A stretch of DNA of 64,000 nt, taken from the NCBI RefSeq assembly GCF_009914755.1, contig NC_060926.1; one strand, 5' to 3'. Made by a program: the position numbers and the translations under genes. The notes beneath the pieces were generated by a model. That model worked only from the letters and a program-made list of their open reading frames with translations, was not told the DNA's origin and did no database searches. Positions 1-16,724 of the stretch are shown here, in pieces. Within the stretch, counting starts at the first letter, position 1; each line of letters begins with the position of its first letter. The DNA comes from the human T2T-CHM13v2.0 reference genome, Homo sapiens.

Positions 1-329
1 GCATCACTTCAAACAACTATTACCTTGATTAAAAAAAAAAAAATAGAAACTTGAGCTTTTTAAAGAGACCAAGCTAGCTGGCATGGCCCTTTAGTGGGTT
101 GAATATCCTTTTATTCAATCAAACTGGCCAAAGTATTGTCATCTCACAACCTTAGCTTTTCTTGTCTTGATTGGAAAAGACAATTTGAAAAATATGTTAC
201 ATCTTGAGCTTCTCAGTTACACTATATATAATATTATTCTCATGTTTTTTAAATTAGATTTTTCTAAAAGTGCAACTTTCTAGGCGAAAAGGAAAGAGAA
301 CAGGGGCCGAAAAGGAAAGAGAAGAGGGG

Positions 330-550
330 CCTGGAATCTGTAGCTAAGTGGGTTCCAGCTCTGCCTGCCCCCTTACTTGCTGTGTGGCCTTTGATAAGTT
401 ATTGCACTTCTCTGAGCACTGTTTCTTGCCCTGTGGATCAGGATAACACCACCTTCCTCTCACAGCAGTTACAGGCAGGGTCTGAAGATCTTAGCTCACT
501 GTAGCCTCAGTAGACCTGGTTACTTGCACTTAGTAGGTGTCCACTAATTA
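330..550 (+). mobile_element. MIR
   Basis: ttacttgctgtgtggcctttgataagttattgcacttctctgagcactgtttc core. Confidence 0.6.
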
Positions 551-2624
551 TTGATTGGATTTGAGTAAATTAATAATGATTTCTAAAGTTGTTTTAAAAA
601 TGGAAGTAAGTAGTTGCTATAGTTTGGGGACAGGGCTGCATGAAGCTGCAGTTGGACTAGAGATCCTCTGTTCAAAGTTCTGTTCATGCTCAGTATTCTA
701 GACCTTTTTTTCATTCTGCCACAGAAATACAGAATTCAAGGCAATATAGTTGGGCTGTTGAAGTTAGAAAGACTCGACAGAGAAGAGGCAGAGATCATCA
801 CACTTGTTTTTACAGGAATTGCTTGTTTTATAATGGAGAATTCCCAGCAGCTGAAGGGATGAAATCTTCAAGTCATGCCTCTGACATTGTAGCTTCTGGC
901 TCTGAAAGCTGAACTACTTCCGGTGGTTGGAACACATCTGCCTGTGGCCAGCTCTGGTTGGCTATTACCCTGAAGCTGCCTTGGTCTGTATGTCTTGAAG
1001 CCAGCTGTTGCAGGGGAGGGTGGTGAGTGGTCATCCCTCTGGACTCTTAGCCTACGGCCCCCCATTCTTAGATGGCCAGCCCCCTCAGGGATCCCAGGGA
1101 ACACTGAGGACAGTGGGAGAGTCCTCTCTGACCCCGCTCCCTCCAGGCAGCTTTGGAATGTTCCGAGGCTTCTGCTGGGTTTGTACTATCAGTTCCCCAG
1201 AGCAGCAGCACAGGAGCACCTGACTGTCCATTGGCAGAGGCTGGGTCTGAGAGTTTTTCATCAGCTTCATGACCCCACAGAAAGAGTTCTTGGTAGTTAG
1301 AATGCACTATAGCCTCTTTGTGCTATCCAAGTTGCAAGGACCTATTCTGGATAGAGAAATAATCTTGACCTGTTTGATTAGATATGGAAGCAGATGAAGG
1401 AGCAGCTGCATCTTGAAGACCTGGCTGGCTCTATTCAGGTTCAATTTGACAAGCACCTTTGAGAGCCAGACCCTGACAGAGGCAGTGGGGGGTCCCATTC
1501 TCTGAGGAGCTTACACACAGTAGGGGTGGGGGAACCGACACATGGACAGAGGACATGCAGGTAATGGAGTAAGTGTTAAGATGGGCTGTGCAGAGAGTCC
1601 CCTGGGAACACAGAAGGACACGGAGACACAAAGTGTTCCACAAGGACACAAGGGTGCTATGGGGACACAAAGGGGATGCCTGCCTCCCACAGCCCTCCTG
1701 CTGGGGGCACAGAAAGCAACTCCTTGAGCAGAGTTCCCCCTTCCTTTAGTCCAGTGTTCTTCTCCAACCTCTAAACAATTAGTGTAAAGTTCATAAAAAT
1801 AATGCCTCAAGGATATTACAGTGAGGATTAATCACGCTACTCAAAGGTAGTGTGGGGAAGCAAATGTGGGCTCCTGTACTTAGAATTCTGCCCTTTCTTC
1901 CCCTTGTCCTGGCAGCCTCACAACTCAGCCCTCCAATTCTCTGCAAAGCTTTTCCTTTCCCTGCTCTGTGCCCCTTGTTCTCAAGCAACCTCTGGGATAG
2001 CAGCGATCCCACCAAGCACATCCTCCCTCCCACCTTCTCTTTCCCTGCTCTCTCTCTCAAAGAAAACCTCCTCTCCCATGCTTGTTGTCCCTGAAGGCAA
2101 GGACTGGTGGCCACTTTCTGGCATAGTACCTGTTATATAGCAGGTGTCTGGTAAATATTTATTGCTCAGTGATTTACATATACATTTGGGGGGCTGATGC
2201 CACGTCAATTGGGAGGCATGGCCACTGAGAAGAGGCCCCCACTCTGCCATATATCACCTGGGCAACCTCGACCAGTTATTTAATTTCTCTGAGGCTCAAC
2301 TTCCTCATCTGTAAAGCTGATGATAATATCTATCTGGAATACTGCTCGCAGTAAATAAAAGAGTGAACATAAAACACATAAACATAGCATTGGCATGTAA
2401 TAGCAGCTCACGAAATGCTACATCCCCTCTCCCTTCCCTACCTAACAAATGACCCATGATGAATGACTCTGAGTCAGTGGGGTTAACCAGTTGTGAGTGA
2501 TGTAGAACTACTCAGTTTTAAAAGTCAGCTCATGAAAGTGTTTTCCACAAGGGACTTCAACTGTATTTGTCACATTTTCTTTCTGATAAGAAGATGAGTT
2601 ATTTGTTATTTTATCTTCAGTGTG

Positions 2625-2885
2625 AGAGGCAGCAGAGCCTAGAACCAGAACCCAGAACTCAAGAGTGGACTTCTTGGACTTGAATTTCACCTCTACTACA
2701 AGTTATGACTTTGGACAAGTTACTTAACCCGCTTGGTTCTCAAGTTACTCACTTCTAAGATGGAGACAATAAGAGTAGCTATTATTATATAGCTACTATT
2801 TTTATGTGCATTGACTAAGGTAAATTCCTTAAAACTCTAAGAACAATGCTGGGGACCAAGCAAGCACTGTATAAGTGGTTGCTAC
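2625..2885 (+). mobile_element. MIR
   Basis: tgactttggacaagttacttaacc core. Confidence 0.65.
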
Positions 2886-4240
2886 GCTACTAGTATTTCT
2901 CTTGTGTGTGTGTGTTTTGCAATTAAGAAATTAAGCCTGGTTATTGGATACTCAAATGGATCCATTAAGTATGGGTGCCATGAAGGAATTTACCCAGTAG
3001 GCTCAGCAGGATCTACTTGGCATGAAGGCCATTCTCTCACCTTGCTCCATCTTTCCCCCTCCCTCTTCTCCTCTGTCTCCCACATCCACCCCCACAATTG
3101 GAAAAATAGCCATTGTCTATTTTTTTTGCTCTGACTGTCAGTAACATAGTTCAGGTCTCACATCTCTGGAGTCTTTAACAGGCCCCGCCTTCTCCGAATC
3201 TTACCTGCAAAACACCTTCCTCCATGCTACTCAGTCAATCTTCCTCTTCTCACATCCTTCTTACAATGCTACGCCCTTGCTCCAAAGCCTTCAGTGGCTC
3301 ACCGCTACTTTACTCGATTAAGTGCAGAATCCTCTGCCTTGCATTCAAGGTCCCCTTCCCAGCTTTACCTGCCCCCCACTTTTTTCCATGTCTCCTACAC
3401 CACAGGCTTGTTGACTTGCTCTCCATTCTCTGAGAAAAGGCCTGCCCTTTCTTGTTTCTGTGCTTGTGCTCCCGTTGTTCTTACCTCCTAGGACGCAGCT
3501 GGGCCAGGTGTCCAGAGCAAGGGGACAGGAGGTAAAGGATCCAAAGCTCCAGTGGGTCTAAGACTCCTGCCCCCGGTTTGGCAAGATGAAGCAGACCCCA
3601 CACCCCAAACAGATGCCCCCTGGGTAGGCAGTAGAAGCCCAGGCTGGACTCTGGCACATCTGGGGTAGCTCCCAAACTGAAAATCATGCAGGTGCCAGGC
3701 TGAAGAGAGGCAGAATTCAGGCGCGAGAGCTGAACTCGTGGGTCAGACCAGAAGTTTCTAACTAAGGGTAAGAAGCAGAGCTGGAGCTGGCGATATTCCC
3801 TAAATGTTGGTGAGAGGCACGGCCTCCCCATGAGAAGAAGGGAGCTTCTGGGGGTGCTGAGCCCCGCCTCCAGGTCCTTTTGTGGTGTCTCCTGCCGTTT
3901 TCTTCGGCAACGCACACACACTGCGCATGGCGTAGCTTCTCCACAGGGCTCAGCAGAGGAGGCCGGGACCCGTTTCCTGTGCAGAGGCGGGAAAGGAACA
4001 CAGACCGCTGGGACTGCCTAAGAACTGCATGCAACTAAAGGGCGCAAACCAGCAGGGGACACCATTCCCAGAGCTGATCCTTACTGCCCTTTTCTGTTTA
4101 CTTTCCCTCCTGATCTTAACCTGTTTGGGACAAATGAGCGGTGCTTGCAGGGTCTGAGTCTTCTCCAGGACTCCATGCCCCAGGCAACCCCACAGGGGAG
4201 TCTCAGCCTGGCCTCTAATGGACCTCTGAGGATTGAAGAG

Positions 4241-4586
4241 TGCAATGAACTGAAGGTTTTTGTCCCTCAAACTCATATGTTAAAATCCTAACTCCCAAGG
4301 TGAGGGTGTTAAGGAGTGCAGCCTTGGGGAGATGATTAGATCATGAGGGTGGAGCCCCTGTGAGTGGGATTAGTGCCCTTATAAAAGGGACCCCCAGAGA
4401 GTGAGCTCTCTCGTCCTCGTTTTGCCAAGTGAGGACACAGGGAGAAAGTGGGCCCTCATCAGACACTGAATGTGTAGGGACCTTAATCTTGGACTTCCCA
4501 GCCTCCACAACTATGAGAAATAAATGTTTCTTTGTTAAAACCACCCAGGGTATGACATGTTATAGCAGCTTGCACAGACTCAGACA
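4241..4586 (+). mobile_element. MaLR solo LTR, MLT1A-like
   Basis: tg...caaactcatatgttaaaatcctaac...gtgcccttataaaagggaccc...agaaataaatgtt...cagaca. Confidence 0.8.
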
Positions 4587-4689
4587 AGGGGTCATCCCTC
4601 GACACTCACAGACCCTGCCCTCCGCTCTGGGACCTGATGTTTAATCCTCACGATGAACTACAAGGATGACAAACATTTCTGAGGACATA

Positions 4690-4900
4690 TATAGGTGCCT
4701 GGCTCTGTACTGAGAACCTCATGAATCATTTCAATCAATCTCACGGTAAAATTATGAGACAGGTGTGATTATTAGCTCCTTCACAGAGGAGAAAAATTGA
4801 GTTCAGTCAAGTTAAGTAACTTGCTCTTAGTCACACAGCTGAGAACTAGAGGAGCCAGGGTTTGAACCTGTATTATCTACCACCAGAGCCCATAGAACTA
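4690..4900 (-). mobile_element. MIR
   Basis: gttaagtaacttgctcttagtcacacagct...gggtttgaacc. Confidence 0.65.
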
Positions 4901-7679
4901 GCCTTTATGCTTTAGTGGGGCATGTCAATCAAAGTGAAAGATAAGCTCAGGCTCACAGAAAGGCTTTTTGCTTTAATTCAGGGTAGGAGAGATGTTTCTG
5001 CCACTCAGTTGCTGGGGAGGGGTTGGCAGAGGGGGAGGCAAAGTGAGGGATCAAGAAGGGAAGGGGAATCGAGAGGCAACCTTGGAGGAGACTCTGGAGG
5101 CAAAGAAGAGGGAGCTCATCCTGGATGTCCTCAAACTCTTCCACTATTGGAGAAGAAAAGCTACTTTCAGTGAAACGAAAGGAATTTGGGGCCTGGGTAG
5201 AATGGAGGGGCGCTATTTTCTTGCTGTAGGGACAGGCCTGGGACATCTCTTGAGCTGAAGCGCAGGCTTGCAGAATAAAATAGAAGGCCAAGCCGAGCTC
5301 TGTTGCCACCCTCCATCTGCACACCTCAGTGCTATTAATGAGAACAGCTTTTGGAAAGAGCTTCATCTCTCTGTTGACTCCTATTTAGCATCTGGCTGTC
5401 AGGTCACACATGGTCACACTAAAAGCATCCTGCAAGATGAATGGAGGCGGGAACCCATTTTCCTTCCTTCATCCCAGGAATGGGTGAAGCTCCGTTGTTG
5501 AAGCTGCTTTGTCTTCCAGAGGGAAGGACCCACCACCCCCTCACCAATGGCAGCCCTTTGCCCCAGCACTGTGGCTGACCCAGGGAAGGCTCCGCTCTGG
5601 GAAGCTGGAATTTCTTGGAGGACCATCCAGCTGGCCATCTCTAGGGGCACTCACCGCTCCTTGCTGCATCTGGACAGTGAATTATTGCAGCCTGTTATCT
5701 TCAGTAGCAGGTGCAGGCATTCTGGGCTGCTCCTTCCTGCAGAGTGAGGCCAGGTAATATTTACTGGCTCAAATGAATAAGGTAACCAGCCCTGACACAG
5801 CATAGAAGATGCGTCTCTCACCCAAGGTTTTTTTTTTTTTCCTCCTTCTTTCTTCCTTCATTATGTTTGTAATTTTGTTTTATTATTTCCCATTGGAAAG
5901 CTGTGAAATGAAAATGATGCAATCTACTGCTGTGAAATAATGTCGTGCTCAAGTCCTTTTCCAATAAGCCCTGAGGTTTGCACTGTGACGGCTTCATTAA
6001 ATTAGTCGGCTCCATGGCAAATGGAAAAGTGCTCAGAGCTTTGGAGTCTGCTAATCCGAGTTGGGCCGCCAGAGTCCACAGACCACGAGGGAGCTCGGGC
6101 GGTTAGCTCTGGATGATGCGGGAAAAGAGGCTCCCATCTGCCACGTGGGGCGTCGCAGAGGTCACGTCTGCACAGCTGCTAGGCTTTTCATATAACCCAC
6201 AAAACTTCACCATACCCTTATGTGCCAGATGCTGTCCTGGGTGCTAAGAGAATGGATGGATTAGGGCAGGATGATGGCTCAGTGTGTGGAGTTGGGGAAA
6301 CCAAGTCCACTTAACTCTATTACGGGTAACTTTACTATGGGTAAACTATGGTGGACCGCAGGTACAAGGTGGACCTCTCTTTGAAGGCCAGCCAGGACTC
6401 GGGTTGCCAGATGTGAGTGAATCTGCCTGAGATTCATGCAGATGAAATACAGGGCTTCCCCTCAACCCTTCCATCACCATCCCCCAGAGTTTATAAGAAT
6501 AAATTCTGTCTTTTGGGGCTCTACTGAAGTGTTAAAGACTTCCATTACTGATAGTTCTTTCCAGTTAGCATTTTCAGTATTAAACTCTGTCATTATGAAG
6601 TAAAATATGCATGATCCCTAAATCTATGTGTATTACAACAAGATTTTTATTGTTATAAATTTGTCTTCTCGGTCCTCTGTTTCTGCTTTTGCTGTCTTTT
6701 TAAAACTTTAACGTTTGATAACTGTAGCCAGGAGGTAATTAGAAAGTGGTACTAAAGAATCACAGGCTTATTCTCTCACTCATTCATAGAAATTTATTGA
6801 GTGTCTACAATAAGATATGGTCCCACAGCCGGTGGGAAAGACAGCGGTGACAGCTAATTACAGCACTAAGGGATTTTGGTCTGAGCTGGCACAGGGAGCT
6901 CCCTTTCCCCCACATATATAAATATTGGATAAAACAATTTGAAATCACAGCTGCATTTGAAAGGAAAAAGGGAGAAATTCCAGATTCTAAAAACAAATGG
7001 GAATTCAGAGTCAGAGTCATGAATGAGCGCTGAAGGGGAATTGAAGCCAGATGCATATCGACGGGGCTGGGGCTTTAACACCCAGTCAGGGGCAGATGTG
7101 AAAATCACAGCCTCTTGGGTGGCAGAGGCCAGAAATGGGGCCCTACTATCGTTGTATGTTTAGAGAGCTAGACACACCCCATCCACCAGCTGGAGGAGTG
7201 GTGATGGCATGGAGCAGGACTAAAATTTTGGGTAGAAAAATGATAATCTGGGGAAGACCAAAATCCAAGCTTGTGCCAAGTAATAGAGGTGGGGTCCAAA
7301 TTCTCATCACTCACAGTGTGGAAACAACCAACAGAGAAATCAATGTATAAGTCCATTTGGAGTCTATGAAACTCACTAGGACCCCGGCAGAGGCAAAGGC
7401 AAACCTTTCCTGAGGCATGCCTCCACAAGCGGGGCACCTGGGATACCTAGAGGAAGAAACTCCTGCTGAAAATGAGCTCACAGGGAGAAATTACAAAGTA
7501 CAGAAGGAAACTGTGAGTGAGTCTCAGATCACTCAAGAGAGTGAGTCTCAGATCCAACATGGCACCAGTCTCAGCCACCCATATTGAGCTCAGATTTACC
7601 TAAAAAATCCCATTTCTCCCCATTCACTCAACACCACCATGACTTCAACTCTAATCCACATAGTAGAGCATGCCTGCTA

Positions 7680-7992
7680 TGCCTATATGTATACACACAC
7701 ACACAACATATATATATGCCAACATGTGTACACAAACACACAACATATATATAATAAATATATTCATATATATATAAATTCCCTTTCCTTTAATACATAT
7801 ATATGAGTATGTATATGCTCATATATGTGTGTATATATGTGAGTATATATATATGTGTGTGTATATATATAAATTCCATTTCCTTTAATACATATATGAT
7901 TATATATATGCTCATATATGTGTATGTATATATGTGTGTATATATATGTGTGTGTGTGTATATATATACAAATTCCATTTCCTTTAATACAC
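7680..7992. repeat. TA/CA-rich microsatellite with ~95-99-bp higher-order unit
   Basis: aaattcc(c/a)tttcctttaatac recurs at 7776, 7871 and 7970. Confidence 0.85.
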
Positions 7993-9541
7993 ACATCACA
8001 CCAATAAAACACTCAGATGTGCATACTGTTTCCACTACCAGATGCAACCTTGGGGGACGGGGCTTCTGCCACACCTGGCCACTTCCTCACCTGGCAGGAT
8101 GGTGAGACTGCTCTAGGGTGATGATTCTCCAAGCATGGTTTGAGGTCTAAATCTTGTGAGCCTTTAAGATCCTTAGAGTGTGGGTCTTTTTTGTTGTCAT
8201 AGGCTGATAGCATTTGACAAACTTTCACCTTCACCCACAGCTACTGGTGACCTACTAAGTGTGCTAGTCCAGGTTACTACCTTTTGGCATTCAAACTCAA
8301 TATTCGGATTTGACTGAGGGCTCTCATTCAGCATCTACCAAAACATCAGACAGCCAGGGAAAGCTTGGCTACACACATTCTCTGCTGCACACCTGCAGGC
8401 AAAGGCATCCCTGGGGCTGGAGAATGTCACTATCCCATCTAGTGATTGTCAGCTTTGCCTCGAACTGGTGGAGGTTCAGAATGGCTGCTTTGCTCACTTT
8501 TAAATCCCCAACTCCTCTTGCTTTGGCTGCATCACCCTCAGGTTAGTGGCTAGAGAGCATTTGGATAACTCTGCACAGTTGTAGAGATTCCTATTTGCAC
8601 CATCAGAGTTTTGAACCTCCATTTTCCACTAAGGAGGCTTTAAGACACAGGCACAGCAGCTCACATGAGAACCATCCCATCTCCTTTAGCAGACTACCCT
8701 CCACATCCTTTAAGGTGACTCTTCGTTATCACCCCAAGGGCTTTGGCTATAAGAGGGAGGCCAGGGGGACAACTAAGCCACATCAAAATAGGCTGAGATG
8801 AGGTGTGTTTGTCCCCCTGGGGCTGAGGCCTTTATTCCTTTGCCCCCATTCCTTTGGGTGTTTGAGAAACACCCAACACCACCTGCATTCTGTGACTTTA
8901 TAAGGGTAGGAAAACATAAATAATGTCACTTGTCCCAGACAAGGAATAGTTTTTCAATCATCCATTTAGGAAAACGCCCACTGAGAGGCTGAAATGCCCA
9001 GCCCAGCAGTGGGGATAAAGAAGAGATAAGTTTCTTGCCACCAGGGAGCTCAAAGACAGGCACATACACTGAGGGCGACAGAGGACAGATGAGGACGATC
9101 CCAGGCTCTCTTATATTTACTTTAGTGCAGTACCTGTTTCACTACATAGGAGAGAGGTTGCTGGTGAACATGCCTGTTCTCATTCTTCTTTGCAGGCCTG
9201 GTTTCAACAGAGCCTGGACACAGAGCTTAGGAGCCATCAGAATGTCTTCTATAGATGGCTTGATTTACCCATGACCTCCCTTCTCTTTCCCAGTGTGGAG
9301 CAAAAGTGCTTCAACAAAAGAGCCACATCGTAACTATAGGAGGCCACAAGAGCATTGCAGAAACAAACAGATCCAACACCAGAGGAGCTTCTGGGGCTGC
9401 ACACACTCGACTCTTTACTTTCCAAGTCTATAGCAGTCTGCGGTAATGGATTTTATAATGATGACCTTGAACTAATTCCCATCACTGAAGGGCTTTCTGG
9501 ATGAAGGGGAAACAGATACCTGCTTAGAATATAACAGTTCC

Positions 9542-10066
9542 TGTGGTTGGCAGATTCTAAAATGGCTCCCAGCAATTGCTGCCTCCTGACATTAATTCTT
9601 TGAGTGCTGGCTACACCTGATGCCTTGCTTCTCTAAAATAAAATATGCCAAAAGCAAGGGCAAGTAATTTATAACTGAGATGAGTTTATAAAAGACTGTG
9701 ACTTCCGTCTTGGTGGCACGCTTGCCATCCGGGCTTACTTGCCTGGGTGAAGCAAGCAGTGATGCTGGAGAGGCCCACATGGCAGGGGACTGAGGGCAGC
9801 CTCTGGCCAACAGCCTGCGAGGAACCAAATCCTGCCAACAACTGCTGAGTGAGCTTGGAACAGATCCTGCTCTAGTTGAACCTTGAGATGACTGTGACCC
9901 TGGCCAACGCTTTAATGGCAGCCTTGTAAGACACCCTGAAGCAGAGGATCTCACTAAGATATGCCTGTATCCTTGTCCCACAAAAGCCATATGGGAATAG
10001 ATGTGTGTTGCTTTAGGCTGCTAAATTTCAGGGTCATTTGTTATGCAGCAGTGGATAACAAAGCCA
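9542..10066 (+). mobile_element. MaLR solo LTR, MLT1E/F-like
   Basis: tgtggttggcagattctaaaatggctccc...gaggcccacatggcagggga...ttgttatgcagcagtggataac. Confidence 0.75.
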
Positions 10067-10455
10067 ATTACCAAAGAGCATGTAGGAAACTCACCTGGGC
10101 AGAGAAGGTATGGGCATATTTTGGGAACTTCATATGGATTGGTTCTTCTCTTAAACCCTAGTTAATAAGAATGGACAACCACCATAACCCATTCCTAGGG
10201 CACACCAGTAAGCTGGGGATTTATTAGAGTAAGAAACTTCTATGCTAAAGGCCACAGGCCATAAAGCCCTAGCAGCCAGAGAGATCATCCTAGGGTAATG
10301 TTTTTAAGCAAGGAGTGGTGTCAGAATCAGCTGAGATGTCTGGACCCAACCCCACACCTACTGAACCAGGATCTCCACAGGGAGCCTACAGCCTCCAAGT
10401 TAGACAATTCCCCAGAATATGGCAGGTGTGCATCATCAATAGAAACCCCTGATCT

Positions 10456-11360
10456 GGGGAGGAGCCAAGATGGCCGAATAGGAACAGCTCCCGTCTACAG
10501 CTCCCAGCGTGAGCGACGCAGAAGACGGTGATTTCTGCATTTCCATCTGAGGTACGGGGTTCATCTCTTTAGGAAGTGCCAGACAGTGGGCGCAGGTCAG
10601 TGGCTGCGTGCACTGTGTGCGAGCCGAAGCAGGGCGAGGCATTGCCTCACTTGGGAAGCGCAAGGGTTCAGGGAGTTCCCTTTCCGAGTCAAAGAAAGGG
10701 GTGACGGACGGCACCTGGAAAATCAGGTCACTCCCACCCGAATACTGCGCTTTTCCGACGGGCTTAAAAAATGGCACACCACGAGATTATATCCCACACC
10801 TGGCTTGGAGGGTCCTATGCCCACGGAGTCTCGCTGACTGCTAGCACAGCAGTCTGAGATCAAACTGCAAGGCAGCAGCGAGGCTGGGGGAGGGGCGCCC
10901 GCCATTGCCCAGGCTTGATTAGGTAAACAAAGCAGCCAGGAAGCTCGAACTGGGCGGAGCCCACCACAGCTCAAGGAGGCCTGTCTGCCTCTGTAGGCTC
11001 CACCTCTGGGAGCAGGGCACAGACAAACAAAAAGACAGCAGTAACCTCTGCAGACTTAAATGTCCCTGTCTGACAGCTTTGAAGAGAGCAGTGGTTCTCC
11101 CAGCACGCAGCTGGAGATCTGAGAACGGGCAGACTGCCTCCTCAAGTGGGTCCCTGACCCCTGACCCCTGAGCAGCCTAACTGGGAGGCACCCCCCAGCA
11201 GGGGCACACTGACACCTCACACGGCAGGGTATTCCAACAGACCTGCAGCTGAGGGTCCTGTCTGTTAGAAGGAAAACTAACAAACAGAAAGGACATCCAC
11301 ACCAAAAACCCATCTGTACAACATCATCATCAAAGACCAAAAGTAAATAAAACCACAAAG
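10456..11360 (+). promoter_or_regulatory. L1 5'UTR internal sense promoter and antisense promoter; intact YY1 site CAAGATGGCC at 10466-10475
   Basis: Sequence identity to the L1 5'UTR; CpG-rich. Confidence 0.8.
10723..10905 (-). pseudogene. L1 ORF0, truncated to 60 aa
   Basis: MAGAPPPASLLPCSLISDCCAS...RVGVT* on the antisense strand of the 5'UTR; canonical ORF0 is 71 aa. Confidence 0.75.
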
Positions 11361-12377
11361 ATGGGGAAAAAACAGAACAGAAAAACTGGAAACTCTAAAA
11401 AGCAGAGCGCCTCTCCTCCTCCAAAGGAACGCAGTTCCTCACCAGCAACAGAACAAAGCTGGATGGAGAATGACTTTGACGAGCTGAGAGAAGAAGCCTT
11501 CAGACGATCAAATTACTCTGAGCTACGGGAGGACATTCAAACCAAAGGCAAAGAAGTGGAAAACTTTGAAAAAAATTTAGAAGAATGTATAACTAGAATA
11601 ACCAATACAGAGAAGTGCTTAAAGGAGCTGATGGAGCTGAAAACCAAGGCTCGAGAACTACGTGAAGAATGCAGAAGCCTCAGGAGCCGATGCGATCAAC
11701 TGGAAGAAAGGGTATCAGCGATGGAAAATGAAATGAATGAAATGAAGCGAGACGGCAAGTTTAGAGAAAAAAGAATAAAAAGAAATGAGCAAAGCCTCCA
11801 AGAAATATGGGACTATGTGAAAAGACCAAATCTATGTCTGATTGGTGTACCTGAAAGTGACAGGGAGAATGGAACCAAGTTGGAAAACACTCTGCAGGAT
11901 ATTATCCAGGAGAACTTCCCCAATCTAGCAAGGCAGGCCAACGTTCAGATTCAGGAAATACAGAGAACGCCACAAAGATACTCCTCGAGAAGAGCAACTC
12001 CAAGACACATAATTGTCAGATTCACCAAAGTTGAAATGAAGGAAAAAATGTTAAGGGCAGCCAGAGAGAAAGGTCGGGTTACCCTCAAAGGGAAGCCCAT
12101 CAGACTAACAGCGGATCTCTCGGCAGAAACCCTACAAGCCAGAAGAGAGTCAGGGCCAATATTCAACATTCTTAAAGAAAAGAATTTTCAACCCAGAATT
12201 TCATATCCAGCCAAACTAAGCTTCATAAGCGAAGGAGAAATAAAATACTTTACAGACAAGCAAATGCTGAGAGATTTTGTCACCACCAGGCCTGCCCTAA
12301 AAGAGCTCCTGAAGGAAGCACTAAACATGGAAAGGAACAACCAGTACCAGCCGCTGCAAAATCATGCCAAAATGTAA
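11361..12377 (+). CDS. LINE-1 ORF1p (338 aa, uninterrupted)
   Basis: MGKKQNRKTGNSK...REKG...ARR...YPAKLS...NHAKM; full canonical length. Confidence 0.93.
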   Translation: MGKKQNRKTGNSKKQSASPPPKERSSSPATEQSWMENDFDELREEAFRRSNYSELREDIQTKGKEVENFEKNLEECITRITNTEKCLKELMELKTKARELREECRSLRSRCDQLEERVSAMENEMNEMKRDGKFREKRIKRNEQSLQEIWDYVKRPNLCLIGVPESDRENGTKLENTLQDIIQENFPNLARQANVQIQEIQRTPQRYSSRRATPRHIIVRFTKVEMKEKMLRAAREKGRVTLKGKPIRLTADLSAETLQARRESGPIFNILKEKNFQPRISYPAKLSFISEGEIKYFTDKQMLRDFVTTRPALKELLKEALNMERNNQYQPLQNHAKM

Positions 12378-12440
12378 AGACCATCGAGACTAGGAAGAAA
12401 CTGCATCAACTAACGAGCAAAATAACCAGCTAACATCATA

Positions 12441-16262
<3,822 letters not shown>

Positions 16263-16724
16263 ACAATGAGATCACATGGACACAGGAAGGGGAATATCAC
16301 ACTCTGGGGACTGTTGAGGGGTGGGGGGAGGGGGGAGGGATAGCAGTGGGAGATATACCTAATGCTAGATGACGAGTTAGTGGGTGCAGTGCACCAGCAT
16401 GGCACATGTATACATATGTAACTAACCTGCACAATGTGCACATGTACCCTAAAACTTAAAGTATAATAATAAAAAAAAAAAGAAACCCCTGATCTGGTCC
16501 CACTCTCCTAATTTGACATAACAGGAAATGGTGGGTCAAAGAAGTTACATGTCATTTTAAGATCCCACAGCTAGTTGGTGGCAGCCCAGGATAAGGGCAC
16601 AGGTCTCCCATCTCCCTGTCTTCTTTGTCCACTCTGCCACAGGTGCCCCCCACCCCATGCCCCTATTCCGTGAAGAGCTCAGCTTAGCCCTGAGCCAACA
16701 AAAGAAGAAAAGAGCAAGAGATGT

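Noticed and set aside
868-10400. Numerous 60-146-aa ORFs downstream of GALNT14
   Set aside because: No recognisable domains or consistent exon structure; lengths expected by chance.
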